The notes: a model not told the origin generated them from the sequence alone. A DNA stretch of 64,000 bases from an uncultured delta proteobacterium (GCA_963843145.1 CAWJJC010000027.1:96001-160000), one strand, 5' to 3'; shown: positions 10,153 to 20,896, counted from the stretch's first letter. Program-made: numbers and translations.

Positions 10153-11154
10153 TCATCGATTTCTAGTCGTCGCTTCCCCCGGTATCAGCGGCCAGGGCTT
10201 TCCCAGTCTGAAAGCCTTCTCAATGTTCCCTTCCCGGATAAAATCGTCCTTCACGAGCAAATAATTGCCTTTCACTATTTCCCCCGGGTCGAGACAGGCC
10301 GCGGAGAGTATTTGTTCCAGACCCAATCCGGCCTTTTTGAAAAGCGCCATTTCCTCCAGGAAGGAACAACCCGGCGAGACCCCCGGCGAACCGCTGTCGG
10401 TGCCGACTACCAGACGAACCCCCAATTGGGCCGCCCGGAATATTGATTCCAGGTGCGCTTCCACGATTTTTTCCAGCGCGCCTTTCTGTTCCGCGGGGAG
10501 ACCGTTTTTTAAATGGGCCAAGGCATACAGGGTGGGGGTCCAATGAATGTCTTTTTCTTTTAAAAGGTGGAGCGTTTCTTCGGAAATAAAAAAACCGTGC
10601 TGAATAGAGGAAATCGGAAAAGAGGCCGCCTCCCGAATGGCCTGGTCGGAATTTACGTGGCAATGAACGGGCAATCCGTATTGGCTGGCCTCTTCGACGA
10701 GGCAACGGAATTCCTCCCGGGTAAATCCTCCGGAGGTGATTCGCCCGAGATTTTTCAAGGATACGATCCCCGATTGAACCACCTTCACCAAGTCGCCCCC
10801 CTCCTGAAAAATGTCGGCGACCGCCTGCCGGATTTCTTTTATTCCCTCCACCCCTCGGCCTAAAAAACCTCCATACAAACCTTTCTTGTGCAGGGCGTAA
10901 CCGGCGGTTTTCAGCCGGACCAAGGGGGCCTCTTGCCGGTCCAGGGCCTTTTTTAGACGAAGCCCCACTCCTTCACGGTTGCCCATATCCCAAAGGACAG
11001 AAATCCCCTGCCGGGCGTAAACCTGCAGGGTAGTTAAAGCCCCCTCAACCGCTAAAGGCGCGCCGTCTTGAAAAAAGTGAATGTGCCCGTCTCGAAAGGG
11101 CGGGATGATCCGGCAACCGGAGGGCACCGTGGAAATCTGCTCCTGGAGGTCCAC
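10153..11154 (-). CDS. amidohydrolase family protein
   Basis: DGHIH, VHCH, SIQHG, GTDSG metal-dependent hydrolase motifs. Confidence 0.8.
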   Translation of the reverse strand: MDLQEQISTVPSGCRIIPPFRDGHIHFFQDGAPLAVEGALTTLQVYARQGISVLWDMGNREGVGLRLKKALDRQEAPLVRLKTAGYALHKKGLYGGFLGRGVEGIKEIRQAVADIFQEGGDLVKVVQSGIVSLKNLGRITSGGFTREEFRCLVEEASQYGLPVHCHVNSDQAIREAASFPISSIQHGFFISEETLHLLKEKDIHWTPTLYALAHLKNGLPAEQKGALEKIVEAHLESIFRAAQLGVRLVVGTDSGSPGVSPGCSFLEEMALFKKAGLGLEQILSAACLDPGEIVKGNYLLVKDDFIREGNIEKAFRLGKPWPLIPGEATTRNR

Positions 11155-11169
11155 TGCAGCCCGGACCGG

Positions 11170-11700
11170 TTAAGAGATTAAGCCTAAAGGAAATCCCTTA
11201 ATCAGCGGAGGACTGAGAGGATCTTCTTTATGGTCGGTTGGAGAGTTTTCGTCATCTTTTTTCCTTCTCCCGATCTTTTTCCCGGTAAGGATTTCCAAAC
11301 CCTCTTCGATTCCGGTTATGGCATAGACGTGAAATCGCCTTTTTTTGACGGCCTCGATGACTTCTTTACCGGCGGGCAGGGACAAGGCCTGGGGTTGATC
11401 GGCCAGTTGGAAGTTGTAGACGTAGCACCAATCCCGAGGTCGGCCCTTTTTCTTCGCCTCTTCCTCCACCAGGGTCCGGGTAATGTAGGTCAGGCCCGTT
11501 TTGGAAGGACCGGCAACATAGACATTAAAATCCAATCCTCCCAGGCCCATGCCGAAGGTCAGGGCCTTGACGGCCCGGTCCTGGGCCAGCACCCGTACCG
11601 GGCCGGCAGCTAGTTCGGCTGAACTCTCAAATCCCAGACTGTCCGGATCGCAGGTCTTTCGAAGTTGATCGGGGTCTAAGGGACGATATTTTTTTACCAT
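11170..11700 (-). pseudogene. Lon-like (LonC/AAA) protease with large in-frame internal deletion
   Basis: N-terminal QDRAVKAL...DWCYVYNF...LSLPAG fused directly to extreme C-terminal KEVIEAVKKRRFHVYAITGIEEGLEILTG; AAA core and protease domain absent. Confidence 0.75.
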
Positions 11701-11821
11701 CGAGGTTTTCCCTTCCTTCAGCAATCGTCGGTCTACCTCTCATAGCACAGGAGATTTTATTTTATCAAGTCCTGATGCCGAGAAAAAAGTCCAAGAACGA
11801 CTTTTTTCTCGGATAGAAAAA

Positions 11822-11851
11822 GAAGGGCCGGGGTGTTAGCCCCGGCCCTTC
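11822..11851 (-). terminator. GC hairpin terminator downstream of 11880..12932
   Basis: GAAGGGCCGGGG-loop-CCCCGGCCCTTC with T-rich tail on minus strand. Confidence 0.7.
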
Positions 11852-11879
11852 CGAGTGCGAATAAACCAAAGAGGACGGA

Positions 11880-12932
11880 TTAGAAAAGGATCCGCAACCC
11901 GCCTCCTACTCGACCGTATTTAGTCCAGTCACCAAACTGGTCAAAGGCCGACCGACCCTCGATGAAAAACTCAAAATTCGTCCCTTTGGGTTCATCGGTA
12001 ATCGGAAAGCCGATCTCCAGGATTAGATCGCCTTTAGAGTCCTCACTGGTTGCCCAGAGGCCCGCTCCCGCTCCCAGGTAAATTCTTTTTGACGGATGAT
12101 AGGTGAAAATGGCATCCGCCAGAAAGGCCGAATTGTCGTTTTCCCCTCTGATCAGCCCCGCAAACCCCGCCAGACCGGTCAAGGCCAACTGATCGGCAAA
12201 CTTATACCGATACCCTAAACGAACCATCCCGAAGGCGGAAACGTCAAATCGCATTAAAGGACCAAAATCCGCGACCAGAAATCCTTTCCTGCCCTCGACC
12301 TTGGGCTTTTCAACCGCCGCCGGGGGCGCGGGGGTTGCAGGGGTTGGAGAGGGCGCAGGGGTCGGAGGCGGGGTAACCGCTCCCGGAGGGGGTCCGGTCG
12401 CTTCTTTTGGCGGGGCGGTACCCTTGGGTTCTTCTTTGGGCGGTGGGGGAGGAGGCGCCGCCACCTTGGGGACGTCGATAACCTCTTTTAAGGAAATGTT
12501 CAAGCAGATGAGCGGAATAATGAAAACATGATCGCGTTCGCTATGCCGAACAACCAGCCGATAGGCCTGAAAGGAGGTCTTTCCGGCCCAGACGGGATCC
12601 TTTAAGACCGCAATCTTCCCCTTCTTTTTATAGATCATCCATTTAAAGGCCTCTCCGGGTTGAACGGTCACCGCTTCCGGCTTGGCGCTCTTAAGCTGTT
12701 CCATAAAAGGTTCATAAAGCTCGGGCGCTCCCGCTTTGACAAATCCAAGCTTAACGTTCTTCTTTAAACGGGAGAGGAGAGGGAAAACCGCTTCCGCCTT
12801 CAGTCCTTTCGCTTGATAAAAAGGATTTCTCCCCAATTTTTTTATCTGGGTGGCCGCAGCCAGCGGTTGAATACCCCAGGCCAGCAACAGAAATAGACCC
12901 AACCAGCCCGCCAACATACATTTCATTTTCAT
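11880..12932 (-). CDS. exported protein with Pro-rich linker and C-terminal outer-membrane beta-barrel
   Basis: Signal peptide, PPPPPP/PTPAP linker, alternating beta strands, terminal GLRILF with C-terminal Phe. Confidence 0.75.
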   Translation of the reverse strand: MKMKCMLAGWLGLFLLLAWGIQPLAAATQIKKLGRNPFYQAKGLKAEAVFPLLSRLKKNVKLGFVKAGAPELYEPFMEQLKSAKPEAVTVQPGEAFKWMIYKKKGKIAVLKDPVWAGKTSFQAYRLVVRHSERDHVFIIPLICLNISLKEVIDVPKVAAPPPPPPKEEPKGTAPPKEATGPPPGAVTPPPTPAPSPTPATPAPPAAVEKPKVEGRKGFLVADFGPLMRFDVSAFGMVRLGYRYKFADQLALTGLAGFAGLIRGENDNSAFLADAIFTYHPSKRIYLGAGAGLWATSEDSKGDLILEIGFPITDEPKGTNFEFFIEGRSAFDQFGDWTKYGRVGGGLRILF

Positions 12933-13103
12933 CTTTCTTTCCTCCTTGATTTTTCTCCATCCGTGGCCTTTATTTCTACCGTGGTAGTATTATTGAATCG
13001 CCTCCTTCGGTCAAGAACAAAAAATCCGATACTTGCAATAAACGCCCCCCCTGCCCTTCCATCCAGCAAAATCGCATCAAGACCGATGCAAGTTTCAAGC
13101 TTC

Positions 13104-13889
13104 TTACTGCCTGGCGGTTCGGAAGTGGACCGGTGGGGTCGTTTCAAAATTGGTGCGAAAAGGATTGATGTCGATCCCTCCCCGGCGGGTGTAGCGGGCA
13201 TAGACGGTCAGCTTCTCCGGGCGGCAGCGGAGCCAAAGATCCATGAAGATCTTCTCGACGCAGTTCTCATGGAAGTCCTGGTGCAACCGATAGGAAACCA
13301 GATATCTGAGAAGACCGGCTCGATCCAGGCGCGGCCCCCGGTAACGGATTTGAATAGCGGCCCAGTCCGGCTGCCCGCTGAGCGGACAATTTGTTTTTAA
13401 CAAATTTGAAACCAGGGTCTCTTCCACCACCGGGGCGCCGGCGGCGAGAAAATCCGGATTCACCCGATATTCGCTGATATCCACTTCCAGGCGGTCCAGC
13501 GATTCGCCGGGAAGCTCTTCGATTCGTTCCTGTCTGAAAAGCTCCGCTGATTTCAGGACGACTTCCACCGGGCTGCCGCAGGCTCGACTCAGATCCTGCG
13601 TAAGGATCGTCTGCAGCGATTGAGAATCTTCAATAGGGGTCTGGTTAAAGGAATTCAAATATTGTTTGAACGACTTCGATTCGATGAGCCGGGGGGAATC
13701 CGCAGGGAAATAGAAGGTCGCTAAAGCGATTTTAGGCTTCCCCTGGGGATTTATCCAAGATAGTTCGTAAGACGTCCAGACATCCATTCCCCAAAAAGGT
13801 AAAGGCTCGACGATGCCGCTTTCCTCCCGCTGCGGGCGACGGGAAATGGGGGAAAGTAACTGGGGATCGTAACGGTCTTGATAATTCAA
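13104..13889 (-). CDS. queF: NADPH-dependent 7-cyano-7-deazaguanine reductase (type II QueF)
   Basis: YELSW, IESKSFKQYLNSFN, LKTNCPLSGQPDW, FHENCVE, YTRRGGIDINPFR; probable TTG start after GGGAG. Confidence 0.93.
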   Translation of the reverse strand: MNYQDRYDPQLLSPISRRPQREESGIVEPLPFWGMDVWTSYELSWINPQGKPKIALATFYFPADSPRLIESKSFKQYLNSFNQTPIEDSQSLQTILTQDLSRACGSPVEVVLKSAELFRQERIEELPGESLDRLEVDISEYRVNPDFLAAGAPVVEETLVSNLLKTNCPLSGQPDWAAIQIRYRGPRLDRAGLLRYLVSYRLHQDFHENCVEKIFMDLWLRCRPEKLTVYARYTRRGGIDINPFRTNFETTPPVHFRTARQ

Positions 13890-14303
13890 GAATACTAGCT
13901 CCCGACTAACTCTAGCCAAAAATATTTTAAATATAATCGAAGAGCGGGTTTGGCGCAATCGATCTTTCTTCAACAACCGTTCCAAGGCGTGGTGATTGAC
14001 AAACGCTTCGTACGTGATTAATGTTCCAAAATGGAACTGAGTCCTCCACAATGGTAGCGTACCTGTCTGGAAAAACATTCACTGATTTCCCTCCCGGTTT
14101 TGAAAAAAATTTGCCGGACACCTTTTTCCATAACAAATTTAAGCTCTTATAATCTTTTATGATCTAAATTCCAAGTTGGTATAGCTATTGCTAACAATTA
14201 CTAATAGCTTTTTCTGATAAGGATAAATTTTGCTTTCCTGGGCGGGTTCACGACCTATTAATATCAACTCAAAATCCATGGTCAACGAATGAAGGAGGAG
14301 TTC

Positions 14304-15552
14304 ATGAAACGGTTAAGAACTAAAATGATCATAGGGGTGGGCATCCTCCTCCTGGCGGGGGTAATGGGCAGCCTAATCACCGGTAAAAGTCTGGCCGGTC
14401 TTTATTACCTGCCTGCGATCTTCAACGGCAATGCCAATAATAACAGCGGGTATGTGGTCCTGGCCTGGAACGATCTCGGAATGCATTGCTATAATCGGAA
14501 TTTTCAGGACCTGGGGGTCTTGCCGCCCTATAACAACCTCTGGGCCCAGGTGGTCAAGGTGGCCGATCCTCCGCAAATCATTACCACCGGCATTGAAGTG
14601 ACCTATGAATTCCCCAATAATACCGAGTCCGTCAGCAAATCCAATTTCTGGACCAACGCCCAAAAACTTTTCGGGCTGGCTGCCCCTCTTCAGCCTAATA
14701 TTGGATTAACGGGCAAAGGGTTGTCCGGGACCTTGGATCTGGATGGAGATCACTATAAGGCGGACGGAATTCCCCTGACCGAATTTCAGGATACCGCCCC
14801 CACCACCTCCTATCCCTATCAATTGGCCACCGTGATCGTCCGGGATGCCCAGACCAAGGTAGAACTGGCTCGGACCATCACGGTGGCTCCGGTTTCCACG
14901 GAAATGCACTGCGATAATTGTCACTCCAATAATGGGACCGCGAACCCCAATATTGCCACTGGCCGTGGTGGAGAACAATATTCTAACCTTGCACGACCAG
15001 AGAAATCAGGGTGATTATCCCAACGGCCACACGGGCGCTCTAATGAACCGCCGGCCGATCCTCTGCGCCGAATGCCATGCCTCCAATGTCCTAGGAAAAC
15101 CCGGTGCGGGCGACGTGCCCAGTTTTTCCAATGCCATGCACAGAAGACACAGCGGCCACGTCCCTGACACGATAAACGGCTGTTATCAATGCCACCCCGG
15201 CCCGCAAACCCAATGTTTGCGGGACACCATGTTTAAGCAAGGATTGACCTGTATCGATTGCCATGGGACTTTGGCCAAGGTCTCCCAGAATCCCAATCCC
15301 TGGCTCAATGAACCGCGGTGTGACACCTGCCATCCCTCTATCATCCAAGACCAGCCCTTATACCGCCATTCTACCGGTCACAAAGGGATTCGTTGCGCGG
15401 CCTGCCACGATAGCCCTCATGCCATTGCCCCCACCAATCAGGCTAATGACGCCATTAAATTCCTGGGCTGGCAGGGGAAAAACGGTCCCCTCAGTAAATG
15501 TACCGTTTGTCATCTCACCCAGCCGACGAGCTCCATGCCTCATGGGAAATAG
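14304..15552 (+). CDS. exported multiheme cytochrome c (7 CxxCH), one frameshift near 14965
   Basis: CDNCH in ORF 14289; CAECH, CYQCH, CIDCH, CDTCH, CAACH, CTVCH in ORF 14932; signal peptide; AWNDLGMHC motif. Confidence 0.85.
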
Positions 15553-15569
15553 TTTTCCCCTTTACTTTA

Positions 15570-15690
15570 ATAATCAATAATCAATTGTTAATTGACAATT
15601 GATTATTGATTATGAGCCATGGTGCGGGTTAAGGAGGTTTTTCTCGCATTAAACTCCCATGCCCGGCACGGGCGCGCCGAGGCATGAAAA
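15570..15690. repeat. heptamer-periodic element plus CCCATGCCCGG..GGCATGAAAA module
   Basis: Inverted similarity to 62946-63075. Confidence 0.7.
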
Positions 15691-15761
15691 AGTTCGAAGG
15701 GCGATCCCCAGGATTAAGACCGAACACAGAAAGCAATATCCCTACTAACCTACCCCACCTC

Positions 15762-15793
15762 AGGCAGGGTCGTTTTCGACCCTGCCTTTTTTT
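15762..15793 (+). terminator. intrinsic terminator
   Basis: AGGCAGGGTCG-TTTT-CGACCCTGCCT plus T run. Confidence 0.8.
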
Positions 15794-15857
15794 CTTGACA
15801 GGCCTGGGAAACGATGATTTCGTGATTTAATTTTGAAACCTATTGGATTGATCCCTC

Positions 15858-16616
15858 ATGAGGTCCCCGGACATCAGCCCAGCCCCATTATTGAAAGTGA
15901 AAAATCTCTCCCGGGACTTTGGAGGCCTGCGGGCCTTGGCCTCCATTTCCTTTGAGCTGTTGCCGGAGGAAATCGTCGGCCTCATCGGACCGAATGGGGC
16001 GGGCAAGACGACCCTCTTCGCCCTGCTCAGCGGGTTTCTCACCCCTTCTGAGGGGGAGATCCTTTTTTCGGAGACATCCATTGGCGGGTGGCGTCCGGAC
16101 CGGATCTGCCACCTGGGAATGGCCCGCACCTTCCAGGTGGTCCGTCCCTTTCCGGAGATGACCGTCTATGATAATATTAAAGCCGCCGCCGTCTTCGGGA
16201 AACCGGTAAAACGTGCGGGGGCGGTAGTGGATCAGGATATCCGGGATATTTTGGAAATTACCGGCCTGGCGCCCAAAGCCGTCCAGAAATCCAGTTCCCT
16301 CAGTCTCCCGGAACGCAAGCGGCTGGAAGTGGCCCGAACGCTGGCCACCCAGCCACGGCTGCTGCTTTTGGACGAAGTCCTGGCCGGACTTAACCCCCGG
16401 GAAGTGGAAGAGGCGATCCCGCTGATCCTTTCCCTCAACAGCCAAAGAAAAATCAGCCTGCTCCTGATCGAACACAATCTGCGGGCCGTTATGGGGATTT
16501 GTCAACGCCTGTTGGTTTTGAATTTCGGTCAACTTATTTTTGACGGCCTTCCGCAGGCCGCAGTGGAGGACCTCGGGGTGATTCAGGCCTACCTGGGAGA
16601 GCAACAGGATGCTTAA
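15858..16616 (+). CDS. livG: branched-chain amino acid-type ABC ATPase (LivG-like)
   Basis: GPNGAGKTT, ARTFQ, LLLLDE, IEHN, AYLG. Confidence 0.9.
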   Translation: MRSPDISPAPLLKVKNLSRDFGGLRALASISFELLPEEIVGLIGPNGAGKTTLFALLSGFLTPSEGEILFSETSIGGWRPDRICHLGMARTFQVVRPFPEMTVYDNIKAAAVFGKPVKRAGAVVDQDIRDILEITGLAPKAVQKSSSLSLPERKRLEVARTLATQPRLLLLDEVLAGLNPREVEEAIPLILSLNSQRKISLLLIEHNLRAVMGICQRLLVLNFGQLIFDGLPQAAVEDLGVIQAYLGEQQDA

Positions 16617-17316
16617 AGTCGAAAGCCTGTCGACCGGCTATGGGGACGCCCAGGTGCTGGACCGGATTTCCTTTGAGGTCCAACCGGGACTGATGACCTG
16701 CATCCTGGGCCCCAACGGGGCGGGCAAGACCACACTCCTGCGGGCCATTACCGGACTTCTTCCGGCGCAAGCCGGCCGGATACTGTTCCTGGGGAAGGAA
16801 ATTCAGGGCCAAAAAACGTACCGAATTGTGGATCTGGGGATGACGATGATCCCGGAAGGACGCCGTCTCTGGCCGCCCTTGACGGTTCAGGAAAACCTGG
16901 AACTCGGAGCCTACCGGGTCTCCGATCCGGCAGAGGTGGCTGAACGGTTGGCCTGGGTCTTTTCATTGTTTCCTCACCTGGCCACCCGCAAGCCGCAGCG
17001 TTGCGGCACCCTCTCGGGCGGGGAGCAGCAAATGGTGGCTATCGGCCGAGGATTGATGGCGGCCCCGAAGCTCTTGTTAATGGACGAACCCTCTCTGGGG
17101 CTGGCCCCGCTGATTGTCCGGGAGATGTTTGAGGCCATTAAAAAAATAGTCGCCTCGGGGACCACTGTGCTGCTGATCGAGCAAAACACCCAGGTAGCCC
17201 TTTCCGCGGCCCATTACGGCTATGTTCTGGAAAGGGGAGCGATGGTCATGGAGGGGGAGGCGGGTTCTTTACGCGAGAACGCGCATATTAAACAGGCCTA
17301 TTTGGGTCTATCATAA
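16609..17316 (+). CDS. livF: ABC ATPase (LivF-like)
   Basis: GPNGAGKTT, PEGRR, LSGGEQQM, DEPSLGLAP. Confidence 0.92.
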   Translation: MLKVESLSTGYGDAQVLDRISFEVQPGLMTCILGPNGAGKTTLLRAITGLLPAQAGRILFLGKEIQGQKTYRIVDLGMTMIPEGRRLWPPLTVQENLELGAYRVSDPAEVAERLAWVFSLFPHLATRKPQRCGTLSGGEQQMVAIGRGLMAAPKLLLMDEPSLGLAPLIVREMFEAIKKIVASGTTVLLIEQNTQVALSAAHYGYVLERGAMVMEGEAGSLRENAHIKQAYLGLS

Positions 17317-17330
17317 AGGAGGAGATAAGA

Positions 17331-18524
17331 ATGAGAATCCATTTCACGAAGCGTTGGCTGGTAATGGGACTGATCTTGGCCCTGGGCTGGGGAACAAGCT
17401 GGGCCGCCCCGGCGATCAAGCTGGGCGCCCAGGCTCCGCAGTCAGGCAGTCTGGCGAAGCACGGCATCGAACAAATCAAAGGGATCCGTTTGGCCGCCGA
17501 AGAGTTTGAAAAGAAAACCAAGATCAAGGTTGAGCTGCTGGTTTATGACGATGAAAGCAATCCCCAGAAGGCCGTGTCGGCGGTGGAAAAATTAGCCGGC
17601 GTAGATAAGGTGCAGGCCATTGTGGGCGGTTATGGGTCCAACCTGGTTGGTCCGGCCTCGGAAGCCGCCGAACGGTATAATACCCCCTACCTTACTACCG
17701 GAGCGGTGGATACCAAGCTCACGGCCAAGAAATTCAAGAATTTCTTCCGGCTGAACAATATGCCCGGCTATGCCGCGGCACAAGCCGGAGCCATCAAAAC
17801 CCTCTTGGCGGCCAAGAAAGTCGGGGTGCTATACAACAGCCTGGCTGCTACCACGGAGATCGCCGAAGCGGTTAAAGACCAATTGCAGAAGGCCGGGGTG
17901 GAGGTTCCGGTCTTTGAAAAATTTGAAAAAGGCACCACCAACTATAAACCCATGTTGTTAAAAGTCCGGGATGCCGGCTGCGAAGTCCTGTTGGTGGAAG
18001 GCTATTTCCCGGATTACGTGGGGACCATTAAGGATGCCAAGATCCTCAACCTACCGGTCAAGGCCTATGTCGGGGCCTGGGGGATCGGCACCCCGGAATT
18101 TGTCCGGGAACTGGGGCCCATGAGCGAATATATCTACGGCACCTCGATCTGGGAGATGGGCACCGCCCCTAAGGAGGCCAAGAAGGAAGAGGCCGAGGTG
18201 GCGGCCAGCTACAAGGCAAAGTATAAGGAAGACCCTTCGTATATCGCCATGCTCGGATATCTCTCCGCCAAATACATGCTCGAGGCCATCGTACAGGGGG
18301 GCGGCAAAACCGGAAGTTACAGCCCGGAAAAAACCCGGAACGCCCTACGGGCACTGGATACGGTGAGCCCCTTAGGCCGGGTGGCTTTCGATGAGAAAGG
18401 GGACCCGCGTTTTTTCACCGCCGTCTTGTTTCAGACCCAGAAGGGGGAACAAGTAGTGGTTTATCCCAAAGATCGGGCCACGGGAAGCGTTCACTACCCG
18501 GGCGTTCCCTGGGGAGGGAAATAG
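17331..18524 (+). CDS. Liv-type ABC substrate-binding protein
   Basis: Signal peptide, IKLGAQAPQSG, YDDESNP, LGRVAFDEKG. Confidence 0.88.
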   Translation: MRIHFTKRWLVMGLILALGWGTSWAAPAIKLGAQAPQSGSLAKHGIEQIKGIRLAAEEFEKKTKIKVELLVYDDESNPQKAVSAVEKLAGVDKVQAIVGGYGSNLVGPASEAAERYNTPYLTTGAVDTKLTAKKFKNFFRLNNMPGYAAAQAGAIKTLLAAKKVGVLYNSLAATTEIAEAVKDQLQKAGVEVPVFEKFEKGTTNYKPMLLKVRDAGCEVLLVEGYFPDYVGTIKDAKILNLPVKAYVGAWGIGTPEFVRELGPMSEYIYGTSIWEMGTAPKEAKKEEAEVAASYKAKYKEDPSYIAMLGYLSAKYMLEAIVQGGGKTGSYSPEKTRNALRALDTVSPLGRVAFDEKGDPRFFTAVLFQTQKGEQVVVYPKDRATGSVHYPGVPWGGK

Positions 18525-18560
18525 ATCTAAAAGGCCGGTTTTGCAAAAGACCCCCCGGCC

Positions 18561-18638
18561 GTCATTGCGAGCGAAGCGAAGCAATCCCCCATAGCTGATT
18601 CTTGGGGATTGCTTCGTCGCTTCACTTCTCGCAATGAC
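18561..18638. repeat. REP-like palindrome family A (GTCATTGCGA...GCAATCCCC / GGGGATTGC...TCGCAATGAC)
   Basis: Further copies at about 34392, 40058, 42528, 58815 and 59351. Confidence 0.85.
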
Positions 18639-18773
18639 AGACTTTTCGACTTTTTTTTGATTTTGAAATTTGGTCATTTGGATTTGTTTCGGATTTTGAT
18701 ATTCGGATTTCGAATTTGAACCAAGGCTTCCCTATTTTTTGATTCGTATTATGAAGGGTAAAGGACAAAAACC

Positions 18774-19646
18774 TTGATCTCCGGCGCCACTGTCATACAA
18801 TCCGTGTTGTCCGGCCTGTTGGAAGGGGGCAATTATGCCCTCTACAGCCTGGGCCTGGCCTTCGTCTTTGGCATCATGCAAATTATTAACATGGCCCACG
18901 GGGAATTCCTGGTTCTGGGTGGCTATGTCGCTTATTGGCTCCTGGTTAAAGCGGGCCTCAACCCCCTGCTCTCCCTGCCGTTCGCGGCCCTCCTGGCCGG
19001 CGGGGTTTCTTTCGCCAACTACCGTATTTTTCTTCAGCGGATTCGCACCACCGTGGAACTCAATACCCTGATCCTGACCTTCGGCATCGGGATCCTGCTC
19101 TCCAACCTTTATCTGCAGCTTTGGTCGGCAGATATCCGCAATATCAGCGTACCGTGGATGGAAAATCCTCTGGGACTGGGCGGGGTGTATATCAGCCTGG
19201 GGGAAATCATCGCCTTTCTGATCTCCTTTTTCGCGGTTCTGGCCCTCTACCTTTTCCTGCGCAGGACCAAGCTGGGGAAGGCCATTCGGATCACGGCCAT
19301 TGACCGCGACGCGGCGGCCCTGGCCGGGATCAATGTGGAAAGGGTGGACCTGCTGGCCTTCAGCATCGGGGGAGCGCTGGCCGGTTTGGGGGGGCCGTTG
19401 CTGGGCATGCTGTCTTTTGTCAGCCCGGGAACCGGCATCGGGATTACCGTCAAGGCCTTTATTCTGACCGTTTTGGCCGGGGTGGGCTCCATCCCCGGAT
19501 TGATCGTAGCCGGGATGATCCTGGGCGTGGGAGAAGCGTTGACCGTCACCTTCATCAGTTCCTCTTTCCGGGAACTTTTCGGTTTCACCCTCTTTTTGGT
19601 CATTTTACTGCTTCGGCCCTCCGGGTTGTACGGCCAGAGGGCTTAA
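18774..19646 (+). CDS. livH: ABC permease (LivH-like)
   Basis: FGIMQIINMAHGEF, TKLGKAIR, multiple TM helices. Confidence 0.9.
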   Translation: MISGATVIQSVLSGLLEGGNYALYSLGLAFVFGIMQIINMAHGEFLVLGGYVAYWLLVKAGLNPLLSLPFAALLAGGVSFANYRIFLQRIRTTVELNTLILTFGIGILLSNLYLQLWSADIRNISVPWMENPLGLGGVYISLGEIIAFLISFFAVLALYLFLRRTKLGKAIRITAIDRDAAALAGINVERVDLLAFSIGGALAGLGGPLLGMLSFVSPGTGIGITVKAFILTVLAGVGSIPGLIVAGMILGVGEALTVTFISSSFRELFGFTLFLVILLLRPSGLYGQRA

Positions 19647-19657
19647 ACAATACTAAT

Positions 19658-19826
19658 TATTAACAGTCTCAGAATAGAATCGACTATCTCGAGGTTCTCT
19701 TATCGTCATTCCCGCAACGTTTCTGGGCGGGAATCCAGCCCCGGTCTGGTACGATTCTGGATCCCCGATAAAGACACTCGGGGATGACGGTCGGTGTTAT
19801 GTCGAGACAATCATGAGACCCTTAAT
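19658..19826. mobile_element. MITE-like element (ATTAACAGTCTCA...TGAGACCCTTAAT) carrying REP family B
   Basis: Terminal inverted repeats; internal AATAGAATCGA and GTCATTCCC..GAATCCAG / CTGGATCCCC..GGGATGAC palindrome. Confidence 0.6.
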
Positions 19827-19870
19827 AGGTATTTAGTTTAAATCCGAAATTTTGAATTTAGGAATTTTCA

Positions 19871-20842
19871 ATGACCTGGAAACCTTTAGGGGAAATCAGT
19901 GAGAAAACCGCCGCGTTCCTGACCTTCGCCCTGGTCCTGCTCCTGCCGCTGCTTCTTTCATTTAATCCCTACTACCTGAGCATTTTCATCGCCGCCCTGA
20001 TCCTGGGATCTGTTTCCCTGGCCTGGAATTTTCTAGCTGGGGTTTGCGGACAGGTTTCCTTTGGACATGCGGCTTTTTTCGGTATTGGGGCCTATACCTC
20101 CTCGCTGCTGGTGATGAAAGGCGGCTGGAACCCTCTGCTGGCCATGGTGGGAGCGGCTTTTAGTGGGGTGTTGGGTGGTTTAGTGATCGGGTTCCCGGCC
20201 TTTCGACTCCGAGGGCCTTATTTTGCTTTGTCTATTCTGGGCTTCGCGGAAGTACTCAAACTGCTCACCTTAAATCTGACCGGTTTAACCGAGGGTTCCC
20301 AGGGCCTTTTTAATATCCCTTCCCTGCCGACGATCCACTGGGGAGGCCTGACCCTTGATTTTTATATCTCCCGGACCACTAATTACTATTTGGCGGCCCT
20401 TTTGATGCTGGCGGTCTACCTGTTTCTCTACGCCCTGCGCTACTCCAACACCGGCCTGGCCATGTCGGCGGTCCACGGGGATGAGGAAACGGCCGCCGGT
20501 ATCGGGGTGCCGGTGTTTCGGACCAAACTCCTGGCTTTGTCGGTGTCCGCCTTCTGCACCGCCTTAATGGGCGCTTTCTACGCCCATTATGTCCATTTCC
20601 TGAGTCCGGATTCGGCCTTCGACGGCGCCTGGTCGGTTATGCCCATTGTGGCCTCGCTCTTTGGAGGAATGAGCACCCTCATCGGACCCAGTATCGGCGC
20701 ACTCCTGATCACCGGCCTGGATGAATTTGTTTTCAAATATTTTTTTGAGACCGGCCATAAGCTTTTTTTCGGACTCCTTTTGGCGGTGGTCATTGTCTGG
20801 GCACCCAAGGGATTGTTGGGGAAATCGATCAGAAAAGAATAG
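19871..20842 (+). CDS. livM: ABC permease (LivM-like)
   Basis: GQVSFGHAAFFGIGAY, RLRGPYFAL, GGMSTLIGP. Confidence 0.9.
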   Translation: MTWKPLGEISEKTAAFLTFALVLLLPLLLSFNPYYLSIFIAALILGSVSLAWNFLAGVCGQVSFGHAAFFGIGAYTSSLLVMKGGWNPLLAMVGAAFSGVLGGLVIGFPAFRLRGPYFALSILGFAEVLKLLTLNLTGLTEGSQGLFNIPSLPTIHWGGLTLDFYISRTTNYYLAALLMLAVYLFLYALRYSNTGLAMSAVHGDEETAAGIGVPVFRTKLLALSVSAFCTALMGAFYAHYVHFLSPDSAFDGAWSVMPIVASLFGGMSTLIGPSIGALLITGLDEFVFKYFFETGHKLFFGLLLAVVIVWAPKGLLGKSIRKE

Positions 20843-20896
20843 GATTTTACACCGCAAAGATCGCTAAGGACGCAAAGAACAGAAAGGAAACCTCTT

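Noticed and set aside
13890-14078. N-terminal extension of QueF in the ORF track
   Set aside because: No QueF-like sequence; an RBS-like GGGAG precedes TTG at 13889.
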